Shown here piece by piece: positions 28,656 through 36,677 of a stretch of DNA of 64,000 nucleotides. The notes under the pieces are model-generated. The model saw only the letters and a list, made by a program, of their open reading frames with translations. It did no database searches and was not told the origin of the DNA. The stretch covers positions 72,089 to 136,088 of the forward strand of contig CAZEEV010000001.1 in the NCBI GenBank assembly GCA_964511345.1. Reading direction: 5' to 3'. Every line of letters begins with the position of its first letter. Position 1 is the stretch's first letter. The position numbers and the translations under genes were made by a program. Source of the stretch: an uncultured Pseudomonadales bacterium. GTDB taxonomy: Bacteria; Patescibacteriota; Microgenomatia; UBA1400; PJMF01.

Positions 28656-30608
28656 ATGTATATTAAAAAAGTATCGATAAAAAACTTTAAAAGTTTCAAA
28701 ACTGAGACAGAAGTTGTTTTACAAGATGGATTAAATCTAATAGTTGGTCCTAATTCTGGAGGAAAAAGCAATTTGCTTGAATTAATCCAAGCATTCTTCA
28801 ATGATGTTTTTTTTATGGATGCTAGCTTTGAACAAAACAATGAAAGCAATCCAAATAGATTGGTGGTAATAAAACCTTTTAAAGCTGTTCAACAACGTTC
28901 AGATGGCAATCAACTACAAAGAGTTTTTGATTCGCACGTAAATGGATCTGGTGAAAGCGTTCTTAAAGTTGTTTTAGCTATTACTAAAGATGATATAGAT
29001 AATATAAATGAATTTAAAAAAACAATAGATGTTTTGGAAGATTTTGAGAATAAAGAAATTGGCTCAAATTTTATAAGCCAAGTAAAAAGAGGTTTTAATC
29101 TATCTACCAAATATGAAAGCTATGTAGATTCAGATTTACCAATCATTTTTACTCTTAGTAATGATGCTCAAGTAGATAGCTCAGTAAAAACAAATGATTT
29201 AGAGGGATTATTTCATTTTTTACGTTGGAGTAGAGTTATATTTAAGTTAGCCTGGTTTTATAAACTTTTTAGACCAGATTATGAAGTAAAGTTGAGACCG
29301 TATTTTTACTATATCTCACCCGCAAGGGATTTTTCCCTTTCAGAGAATGAACATATTATTGATTTAGCTCAAGTGAATGGAAACAGTGCAAATCAATTCA
29401 CTCAGAGAAACATAAATCAGGAAAGTAGGATAAGTAATCTTGGTGTTTTAATAAGAATATTGGTTGAGAATTATTATTACGCTGGAAAGAAAAATAATCC
29501 AAGCAATGATGAGTTTAGAAAAATGTTGAATGATTATTTAAAAATGGATTTTTCAATAGCAACGCATGGAATAGAAACGCAAAATAAATACAAACTTATT
29601 TTCAGAAAAATAAGTAGTTCGTCTCTAAAACTAAGTTCTGGAGAAAGGGAATTTTTTAATTTATTGTCAACTGTATTTGCGCAGAACATACGTTCAGGAA
29701 TATTGATTATTGATGAGCCAGAAATACACTTACATCCTAAATGGCAACATATTTTTCTTGATCTTTTAAAGAGTATATCGGTAATTAGAAAAATACAGAT
29801 TATTTGTGTAACACATTCTGCATCATTTATCAGAAGAGATTTGCTTACAGGTATCATCAGAGTGTCAATGATAAATGATGAGAGTCATGTTTATCTTCCA
29901 AATAAAAGTCAAACGCAAAATACCACGATAAAAGATCAGTTTATGCTTGTTACGGCGTCGAACAATGAACGTGTTTTTTTTGCTGACAAGATAGTACTTG
30001 TTGAAGGTTATGCTGATAGAATCATTTTTCAAGCCATTTTAGATAAAGTTTATTCACAGGATAAACCAATAATTGAAATTGTTGATGTTTTTGGAAAATG
30101 TAATTTTGAAAGGTATAAAAACTTTTTATCGATTTGGGATATATCTACAAAAGTTATTGCTGACCTGGATTATTTAGCAATGGTGGATAGTGAAGCAAAA
30201 ACAAAAATTTTTTCAGTTGAAGAAAAGAAGCTACAGAAAAAATTGGAAAAAAATAATAGCGAAGATGGAAAAAGTTTATTAAAGATCTTATCTCATATTT
30301 GCGACAGTGAAGTGGACGAAGTATGTGAAATCGATAAAAATCAGTTGTGTAGTTTATATAAATATCTTAATACACGTCATTCATCTTTGGTTGTAACTGG
30401 CAGTCAAACAGATATAGATTATTATGTTGAAAAAAATAAAAAAGATAATTTGTATTTTCTTAAAAAGGGAGAAATTGAAGATTACTTTCCAGGTATAGGA
30501 AAGTTTGATATCGATTCAGCTATTGATATTGGTGAGAAAATAAAATCAGGTGAGATTGCGATAGATAAAGAGTTAGCAAAATTAATAAAAGAAGTTGCTC
30601 ACAGCTAA
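28656..30608 (+). CDS. OLD-family ATP-dependent endonuclease (ABC-type ATPase + C-terminal TOPRIM), class-1 (stand-alone) architecture
   Basis: Walker A GPNSGGKSN, ABC signature-like LSSGEREF, Walker B ILIIDEPEIHLHP, H-loop CVTHS. TOPRIM glutamate VLVEGYADRI and DxD as IADLDYL. Confidence 0.8.
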   Translation: MYIKKVSIKNFKSFKTETEVVLQDGLNLIVGPNSGGKSNLLELIQAFFNDVFFMDASFEQNNESNPNRLVVIKPFKAVQQRSDGNQLQRVFDSHVNGSGESVLKVVLAITKDDIDNINEFKKTIDVLEDFENKEIGSNFISQVKRGFNLSTKYESYVDSDLPIIFTLSNDAQVDSSVKTNDLEGLFHFLRWSRVIFKLAWFYKLFRPDYEVKLRPYFYYISPARDFSLSENEHIIDLAQVNGNSANQFTQRNINQESRISNLGVLIRILVENYYYAGKKNNPSNDEFRKMLNDYLKMDFSIATHGIETQNKYKLIFRKISSSSLKLSSGEREFFNLLSTVFAQNIRSGILIIDEPEIHLHPKWQHIFLDLLKSISVIRKIQIICVTHSASFIRRDLLTGIIRVSMINDESHVYLPNKSQTQNTTIKDQFMLVTASNNERVFFADKIVLVEGYADRIIFQAILDKVYSQDKPIIEIVDVFGKCNFERYKNFLSIWDISTKVIADLDYLAMVDSEAKTKIFSVEEKKLQKKLEKNNSEDGKSLLKILSHICDSEVDEVCEIDKNQLCSLYKYLNTRHSSLVVTGSQTDIDYYVEKNKKDNLYFLKKGEIEDYFPGIGKFDIDSAIDIGEKIKSGEIAIDKELAKLIKEVAHS

Positions 30609-30611
30609 TTT

Positions 30612-30941
30612 TTATAGATTCTTATATCTTTTAGGATACCTCTTTTTAAGATTAGAATTAGCTGCTTTTATTATATCTTTTCCCCAATCATCATTCTTTA
30701 GTTTGTTAGCCTTATTTGCATACAGTAGGCTTATGGGTTTATTCCATACTGATATTAGCCAAGCAATTAATATTGCCAATATTCCTACTCCACCGATAAT
30801 GATGCCAAAAATTCCGCCATAAAACATGGTAAGAACTAGGATTCCAGCAATGAGAATAGAAAGACCTCTCATTCCTTCCTTTTGAGCGACTGCTCCGCCT
30901 ATAAGCATGCTTAAAATCATCAATACAAGTATTTCAATCAT
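30612..30941 (-). CDS. 109-aa two-TM small membrane protein converging on the OLD gene (candidate membrane effector or immunity partner)
   Basis: Two Gly-rich TM helices (GILVLTMFYGGIFGIIIGGVGILAILIAWLI) and basic C-terminus; stop 3 nt from the OLD stop. Confidence 0.45.
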   Translation of the reverse strand: MIEILVLMILSMLIGGAVAQKEGMRGLSILIAGILVLTMFYGGIFGIIIGGVGILAILIAWLISVWNKPISLLYANKANKLKNDDWGKDIIKAANSNLKKRYPKRYKNL

Positions 30942-30992
30942 ATGTAAATGTATACTACCAGTAAGTCGACCAACAGTAAAGATTTTTAGAAA

Positions 30993-31016
30993 CTGTAACC
31001 ATGGTAAAAGTTACAG
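30993..31016. promoter_or_regulatory. Inverted repeat CTGTAAC-N10-GTTACAG spanning the HTH gene start codon (candidate autoregulatory operator)
   Basis: Perfect 7-bp arms at 30993-30999 and 31010-31016 bracketing the ATG at 31001. Confidence 0.4.
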
Positions 31017-31216
31017 CAATCTCAATTAAAATAGGCAAAAACATTAAAAAGATCAGAGTAAATAAAGATATGACTCAGGAAGCATTAGCTTTTGATGCTG
31101 GAGTGAACCGAGCTTACATTGGATATATAGAACGTGGTGAAAGAAATCCTTCAACTGAAACATTATCTAAAATATCAAAAGCATTAAAAGTTTCTTTAGG
31201 TGATCTTCTAAATTAA
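31001..31216 (+). CDS. XRE-family (Cro/cI-type) helix-turn-helix transcriptional regulator
   Basis: 71 aa with IRVNKDMTQEALAFDAGVNRAYIGYIERGERNPSTETLSKISKAL, the classic HTH_3 pattern. Confidence 0.75.
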   Translation: MVKVTAISIKIGKNIKKIRVNKDMTQEALAFDAGVNRAYIGYIERGERNPSTETLSKISKALKVSLGDLLN

Positions 31217-31501
31217 AGCAAAAAATCTCAAAATAACGTGTTTTTATGCATAATTGCACATAAAACGCTGTGATTTTTGTATTGCCAATAAAACCAAGCA
31301 AGGCTAATAAGATAGTTTCCAGACACGGTAAAAAGGGAGCTATAGTGTTGGTTGTTTTCCTATTGCCTTCACATAGTTTTGGTCCCTAAAATTTTATGTA
31401 ATATAAATTACGGGTAAGATTTAAATTTTTTTCAGATGACGGGAAAGCAAATCTAAGTGAATAGAATCTTCTAAGGTTCTATTTAGATTGGCTACCGTTC
31501 C

Positions 31502-31648
31502 ATGACAATCAAAGAGGCAAGGAAAATATTAGGGAGAAAAGCAAAAGATTTGTCTGATGAAGAACTTCAACAAGATATTGATGCGGCAGAATTATTAAAG
31601 GAAATTTTTTTTAGTTTATATCTTTCCAAAAGAAAATCTATTCAGTAG
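31502..31648 (+). CDS. Unannotated 48-aa ORF upstream of the recombinase (candidate excisionase/RDF-like small protein)
   Basis: Translation MTIKEARKILGRKAKDLSDEELQQDIDAAELLKEIFFSLYLSKRKSIQ. Below the ORF-track size cutoff; ends 30 nt before the recombinase ATG; no SD. Confidence 0.25.
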   Translation: MTIKEARKILGRKAKDLSDEELQQDIDAAELLKEIFFSLYLSKRKSIQ

Positions 31649-31657
31649 CCATTCAAT

Positions 31658-31674
31658 GTGCCATAATTCGGCAC
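31658..31674. promoter_or_regulatory. Hairpin/operator GTGCC-ataattc-GGCAC immediately upstream of the recombinase start
   Basis: Perfect 5-bp inverted repeat with 7-nt spacer, 4 nt before the ATG at 31678. Confidence 0.35.
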
Positions 31675-31677
31675 TAT

Positions 31678-33207
31678 ATGGAAAAAAGAGCAGTTATATA
31701 CATTCGCGTATCAGATCCCTCTCAAATAGAAAATAACAGCTTGGAGACACAAGAAAAAGAATGTCGAAAAGCTGCTGCATCTCAGGGTTACGATGTTATT
31801 AGAATTTTTAGAGAAGAAGGTAGGTCTGCCAAGCATATATATACAAGATTAGAGCTAAGGAACCTATTTGACTTTTGTTCAATCAAGAAACATGGAATTA
31901 GTGCAGTTTTTGTTTATAAAACTGACAGGTTTAGTAGAAATGTTGAAGAAGGATTGGCTGCCATTTCAAGGTTAGCAAAGCTAGACATTGAAGTTATTTC
32001 AGTTGTAGAAGGTTATGAAAACAGCGCAATGGGTCGTGCTCTAAGAGTAATGATTATGGCAATGGATCAATTAGATAATGAGCTAAAGGGAGAAAGAGTG
32101 AAGGAAAATATGTTGGCTTGTTTCAGGAAAGGATTGTGGGTTTTCAAATGTCCAGTTGGTTACAAACGAAAGTATCATACAAAAGAGGAGAATAAGGGTA
32201 TACCTCCAATAAAAGACCCCAATTTAGCACCAATCATTACAAAGATGTTCCAAAACGCAGCCACTGGTATTTACAGTAAAAGCCAGCTTGCGCGCATTAT
32301 GAACTTGGAGGGTTTCAGTGAGCATTACAGGGTAGAGGCTGATCACAAAATTGTTGATGGTATCCTAGAGAAAACTTTCTACCACGGACTCATGTATGCT
32401 CAAAAATGGGATTTATATTCTCAGGGTAAACATGAGCCGCTTATTGATGAGACAACTTGGAAAAAAGCCTATCATTATCTCATCTTAAAAAAGAAAAACT
32501 ACCAATATCATGATGAAGAACTATTTCCATTAAAAGGTACGCTTAAGTGTGAAATATGTGGGCATCCAATGACAACTTCCCCCTCAAGGGGTAATGGGGG
32601 GGTAGTGACTTACTATGAATGTCGCAATAAGGGATGTAAAAAGGTTCGTATTAATGCCAATAGTGCGCACCAGCAATTTAATGATTTACTTAGTAGAATA
32701 CAGCCGACTAATAGAGTCATTACGCTTTTTCAAAAGATGGTATTTGTTGAGTGGGATAAAGTGATTAATAAGACTCGAAAACAAGCAGATATCATTGATG
32801 ATCGTATTTATGCTTTCAAGCAAGAATTGAAGAGTATCCGCAAAGCCAAAGACGAAGGTTTGTATAGCATTGAGCAGGCTAAAGAAGAAGCTGAAAAAGT
32901 GAGTCAAGAAATTACAATATTGGAAGTAGAGCGTTCTGAAATAAAGTTTGAACAATACAATACAGAAATAATTAAAGATTTTACTGAAAGATTTCTGCGC
33001 GATCTTAATTTGTTATGGGAAAAGTTAGATCTACCTAAAAAACAGGCATTGCTTCAGAAGATATTCCTTAATACTTTGTTTGTATCAGAAGACAAAAAAA
33101 TCCGAACAAGTGAAATATCTCCATCCTTCCAACTAATTGAGGCTCTTGGTGCCTCTGATGGTGAAAATGTGACCCCATGGGGAATCGAACCCCAGTTATC
33201 GGGATGA
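31678..33207 (+). CDS. Large serine recombinase (resolvase N-domain + recombinase domain + zinc ribbon + coiled coil)
   Basis: Catalytic motif VIYIRVSDPSQ, TDRFSRN, zinc ribbon CEICGHPM...YYECRNKGCKK. Last about 13 codons overlap the tRNA-Glu 3' half on the opposite strand. Confidence 0.85.
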   Translation: MEKRAVIYIRVSDPSQIENNSLETQEKECRKAAASQGYDVIRIFREEGRSAKHIYTRLELRNLFDFCSIKKHGISAVFVYKTDRFSRNVEEGLAAISRLAKLDIEVISVVEGYENSAMGRALRVMIMAMDQLDNELKGERVKENMLACFRKGLWVFKCPVGYKRKYHTKEENKGIPPIKDPNLAPIITKMFQNAATGIYSKSQLARIMNLEGFSEHYRVEADHKIVDGILEKTFYHGLMYAQKWDLYSQGKHEPLIDETTWKKAYHYLILKKKNYQYHDEELFPLKGTLKCEICGHPMTTSPSRGNGGVVTYYECRNKGCKKVRINANSAHQQFNDLLSRIQPTNRVITLFQKMVFVEWDKVINKTRKQADIIDDRIYAFKQELKSIRKAKDEGLYSIEQAKEEAEKVSQEITILEVERSEIKFEQYNTEIIKDFTERFLRDLNLLWEKLDLPKKQALLQKIFLNTLFVSEDKKIRTSEISPSFQLIEALGASDGENVTPWGIEPQLSG

Positions 33208-33241
33208 GAACCCGATGTCCTAACCGCTAGACGATAGGGCC
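33170..33241 (-). tRNA. tRNA-Glu (anticodon CUC), 72 nt, no encoded CCA
   Basis: Manual fold of GGCCCTA-TC-GTCT-AGCGGTTA-GGAC-A-TCGGG-TTCTCAT-CCCGA-TAAC-TGGGG-TTCGATT-CCCCA-TGGGGTC-A. 7-bp acceptor has two G-U pairs; T-loop TTCGATT; architecture parallels E. coli tRNA-Glu. Confidence 0.8.
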
Positions 33242-33326
33242 GTTTAGCTTTGGAATTATAGCAAATTTGCTCGAATTTTGTAAACGTTACACTTCTTGCA
33301 ACTTGGTTCGTCCATAATTTAAATTA

Positions 33327-34091
33327 ATGATTATTACTTTGTTTCTTTTATTAGTAGCATTATTTTTATGGCGACCAGCACAAGTTCAGAGTTTTGACCA
33401 TCAATTTTTATTAGAAAATAATTCTATAGATCTTGATTTCTCTAAGATAGAGACAGACACCAGCTCATTAGTTGATGATTCGCAGATTAATAATATTTTA
33501 GCTTTTACTTACAAAATCAAATTAAAAGATAGCGTGCCAGCAGATTTGCCACTTTTTATTGTAGTTTTTAATAAGCAAATCATTTTTTTCGCTGATAGAG
33601 AAATGATTAATGAAGATGTAAATGAAATAGAAATTGATGTTGCTGAATTTTTAACTAAAAATCCCAACAAGTGGCCAATTTTTTATAAAAATAATGTAAT
33701 TAAAGATTTTGATCTGGAGGTAACCAATATTAGTTTAAGAAATGCATTCTCTACAGATAGAACATCAACCAAAATTCATGATTTAAATGCGATTAGAGAA
33801 AGAGATGGTTCTCTAACGATCATCTTTAATTTGGAAGAAACAAATAAATCCGTTCACTCTTATAAACTTTTTTGTCTTGATGAAAAAGAAGAAGTTGTAA
33901 GCTCAATCCCATTAAAACAAGAAAACAATTTTTTATGGCCTAGTTATTCTTTCTCTAACTTGCTAGCTAACCAGAAGAATGAACTAATTTTTAATTTATC
34001 AAAGTTTGATTGTGCTGGCAAACTTTACGTACTTGGTGATGATCAATTTATTTCTAATCAAACATTAATTGTTCAAGTGGAGGACTTATGA
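33327..34091 (+). CDS. Secreted hypothetical protein (N-terminal signal/TM)
   Basis: MIITLFLLLVALFLW hydrophobic N-terminus, acidic repeat-poor body. Confidence 0.45.
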   Translation: MIITLFLLLVALFLWRPAQVQSFDHQFLLENNSIDLDFSKIETDTSSLVDDSQINNILAFTYKIKLKDSVPADLPLFIVVFNKQIIFFADREMINEDVNEIEIDVAEFLTKNPNKWPIFYKNNVIKDFDLEVTNISLRNAFSTDRTSTKIHDLNAIRERDGSLTIIFNLEETNKSVHSYKLFCLDEKEEVVSSIPLKQENNFLWPSYSFSNLLANQKNELIFNLSKFDCAGKLYVLGDDQFISNQTLIVQVEDL

Positions 34092-34717
34092 ACCAAATTA
34101 AGATTGATTGTTTTGCTACCGATCAATCATGTCAATTAGTTTCTTTAGACCAGACTATTGAAGTTAATGATCCTTCCGAAAAAGAGGCCATTATAGAAAT
34201 TAGCAATCAAGGGCCCAATCGTTGTTTTGCCAAAATGAAGGTTCAGTCCTTAACTTCCGATGATGATTTACAAGTTTTTGAGCTGAGTATTAGTAGAGAA
34301 AAGCAAATACTTTTTAATAGTAGTTTTGCAAATTTTTCAAAAACAGAAATTAATTTAGGAGAAATATTAGCTAACTCATCTGCAACTTATGTTTTACAAA
34401 TGGATTTATTAGATCTGCTTTTAGAAGAAAAAAGCGTATTGCTTAATTTCACGTTGGTTTTTGATTTTACCTGTGAAGATTCTATTGAAGTTACTAATTA
34501 TGAGGACAAAATTTCTGTTATGGAAAGTACTCCAAACGAAAAAGCTGTTTTGTCGGCTACTAGCTCAACGGAAATAGTAGATTTATCTTCAAAATCTGTA
34601 CAAGAACCAGTCCATTTACTATTTTTATTGCCGATCTTGTTTGTCATAATTTTTTTTGTCATAATGAAACTTATTCATGGTCAAAAAAAGAAAAAAAAGA
34701 CAAAAATTGGGGTTTGA
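34088..34717 (+). CDS. Hypothetical protein with C-terminal TM anchor and poly-Lys tail
   Basis: C-terminus ...LLFLLPILFVIIFFVIMKLIHGQKKKKKTKIGV; ATGA overlap with the upstream gene. Confidence 0.45.
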   Translation: MNQIKIDCFATDQSCQLVSLDQTIEVNDPSEKEAIIEISNQGPNRCFAKMKVQSLTSDDDLQVFELSISREKQILFNSSFANFSKTEINLGEILANSSATYVLQMDLLDLLLEEKSVLLNFTLVFDFTCEDSIEVTNYEDKISVMESTPNEKAVLSATSSTEIVDLSSKSVQEPVHLLFLLPILFVIIFFVIMKLIHGQKKKKKTKIGV

Positions 34718-35606
34718 TTGGTGGGCTTTATTTAAACCTCAGGCCTCTAATCGCTATCGTTCTAAGTTATTGCATCCGCAGTCTTTAATGGTTTTATCCT
34801 TTGTATTATTGGCTTTTTTTGCTTTATTCAATGCTTTGAGATTTTTTCCAAACTTAGCAGACAAAGTATTGGGTTCTGATTCCAATATTAGCATTGATGG
34901 TTTATTGGAGAAAACTAATCAGGAACGTCAAAAAGCGGGTCTGTCAAATTTGGTGCTTAATAAAGAATTAAATCAAGCAGCCTTGGCTAAAGCACAAGAT
35001 ATGTTTAATGATCAATATTGGGCTCACACTGCTCCTGATGGAAAACAAGCCTGGGATTTCATTAAGGAGGCTAAATATGTTTATAAATATGCTGGTGAAA
35101 ATTTGGCTAGAGATTTTAATAATGACAGTGAGGTGGTTGAAGCTTGGATGAACTCTCCATCTCATCGTGACAATATAGTAAATGAGGAATTTACGCAGAT
35201 GGGACTAGCGGTGGTTACAGACACTTTAAAAGGTTTTAAAACTACTTTAGTAGTTCAAATGTTTGCCGTACCATCTTCGGTTTCGATGAAGGGAGATAAC
35301 AAAGAAAACTTTTTTTTACCCAAAACAGCCGAATTACCCGTGGATGAAATGGAACCAGATTCTAATGCTCTAGTAGCTGGTAAAAGAAGCATTAATACTG
35401 AATTAATTTTGTCAAAAATTAATTTAACCAGAAGCTTTTTTTTGATTGTAGTTTTATTAATTATTTTAACCCTGATCTATGATGCCGTTATAGCTTCAAA
35501 TAGAAAATACCAAAGATTGGTTGGACAAAATTTTGCTCACATAACTCTTTTAATTACAGTAGCCTTCTTGTTAATTTTGTTTAAAGGAGGGACGGTTTTA
35601 CCATGA
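34677..35606 (+). CDS. CAP/SCP/PR-1 domain protein (YkwD-like), membrane anchored at both ends
   Basis: QERQKAGL...LNKELNQAALAKAQDM...HTAPDG...GENLA...WMNSPSHRDNI CAP signature; start ambiguous (overlaps upstream ORF across a poly-A tract). Confidence 0.6.
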   Translation: MVKKRKKRQKLGFDWWALFKPQASNRYRSKLLHPQSLMVLSFVLLAFFALFNALRFFPNLADKVLGSDSNISIDGLLEKTNQERQKAGLSNLVLNKELNQAALAKAQDMFNDQYWAHTAPDGKQAWDFIKEAKYVYKYAGENLARDFNNDSEVVEAWMNSPSHRDNIVNEEFTQMGLAVVTDTLKGFKTTLVVQMFAVPSSVSMKGDNKENFFLPKTAELPVDEMEPDSNALVAGKRSINTELILSKINLTRSFFLIVVLLIILTLIYDAVIASNRKYQRLVGQNFAHITLLITVAFLLILFKGGTVLP

Positions 35607-35860
35607 AAAGTTTTTTAAAAAAAAATAAATTAGCTTATTTAATTTTGTTTTTACTATTAGCTTCATTTGTTTTCGCTTTTATGCGAGTTTGGCCCAATAG
35701 ACAATTACAACGCTATTTAACGATCGCTTTTGGTGTAAGTTATTTTTTTTGGGGTGTAATTACTCATCTTAAAAGTAAAAAGATCAATAGTGAGATAGTT
35801 TTTGAATATTTATCAATTTCTATGTTAGCTACGCTTATTATTGTTTTGATCACTTTATAA
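35603..35860 (+). CDS. Small 2-TM membrane protein, hypothetical
   Basis: 85-aa hydrophobic ORF with overlapping start. Confidence 0.4.
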   Translation: MKSFLKKNKLAYLILFLLLASFVFAFMRVWPNRQLQRYLTIAFGVSYFFWGVITHLKSKKINSEIVFEYLSISMLATLIIVLITL

Positions 35861-35921
35861 GTAATGGCTTGCTTTTAAAAAATAAGCGTGTTAGCCTTGA
35901 CTAGCTAAACGGAAAGGTTTT

Positions 35922-36668
35922 ATGGAAAATAAAAAAATGAAGGGAATTATTTTGGCTGGAGGAGCTGGCACTCGGCTTTATCCTCTCACCAAAGTGACTA
36001 GTAAACAGCTTTTACCTGTTTATAACAAACCCATGATTCACTATCCTTTAGAAACTTTGATTAAAGGTGGCATTAAAGACATCTTAATTATTGTTGCTCC
36101 AGATCATGCTGGTGATTTTTTAAAGTGTCTAGGCAGCGGTAAAGAATATGGTTGCCATTTCACTTATGAAATTCAAGATAAACCAGAAGGAATTGCTCAG
36201 GCTTTTTTGATTGGTGAAGATTTTATTGATCATGATAATGTCACTTTGATTTTGGGTGACAACCTTTATGAAGATGATTTCTCAGAAGCAATTCGTACTT
36301 TTAATGAGGGTGGACGAATTTTTGCCAAAAAAGTAGTTGACCCTCAACGTTTTGGCGTGGTGGAGTTTGATGAGAATAACAGAGCTATTTCTATTGAAGA
36401 AAAACCTCAGGTGCCGAAGTCAGACTATTCAGTGACTGGTCTTTATATTTATGATTCTACCGTGGTTGATAAAGTAAAAAGTTTGGCCTTTTCACATCGT
36501 GGCGAATTAGAAATTACCGACATCAATAATTTATATCTTAAAGAAGGTAGATTGGATGTGGCATTCGTTCAAGGAAGATGGTTCGACACTGGAACTTTTG
36601 AGTCGATGCATGAGGCAATTTCTTTTGCGCGAGATCGCTATCTAGCCAAAGAAGCTAGCTCACTGTAA
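35922..36668 (+). CDS. Sugar-1-phosphate nucleotidyltransferase (glucose-1-phosphate thymidylyl/uridylyltransferase, RmlA-like, short form)
   Basis: GIILAGGAGTRLYPLTKVTSKQLLPVYNKPMIHYPL signature. Confidence 0.8.
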   Translation: MENKKMKGIILAGGAGTRLYPLTKVTSKQLLPVYNKPMIHYPLETLIKGGIKDILIIVAPDHAGDFLKCLGSGKEYGCHFTYEIQDKPEGIAQAFLIGEDFIDHDNVTLILGDNLYEDDFSEAIRTFNEGGRIFAKKVVDPQRFGVVEFDENNRAISIEEKPQVPKSDYSVTGLYIYDSTVVDKVKSLAFSHRGELEITDINNLYLKEGRLDVAFVQGRWFDTGTFESMHEAISFARDRYLAKEASSL

Positions 36669-36677
36669 AATGATTTT

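Noticed and set aside
28646-28681. Alternative upstream ATG (METICILKKYR*) with GAGGA SD ahead of the OLD gene
   Set aside because: 11-codon ORF in a different frame that terminates immediately. The downstream ATG at 28656 opens the 650-aa frame with the Walker A motif near the N-terminus as expected.
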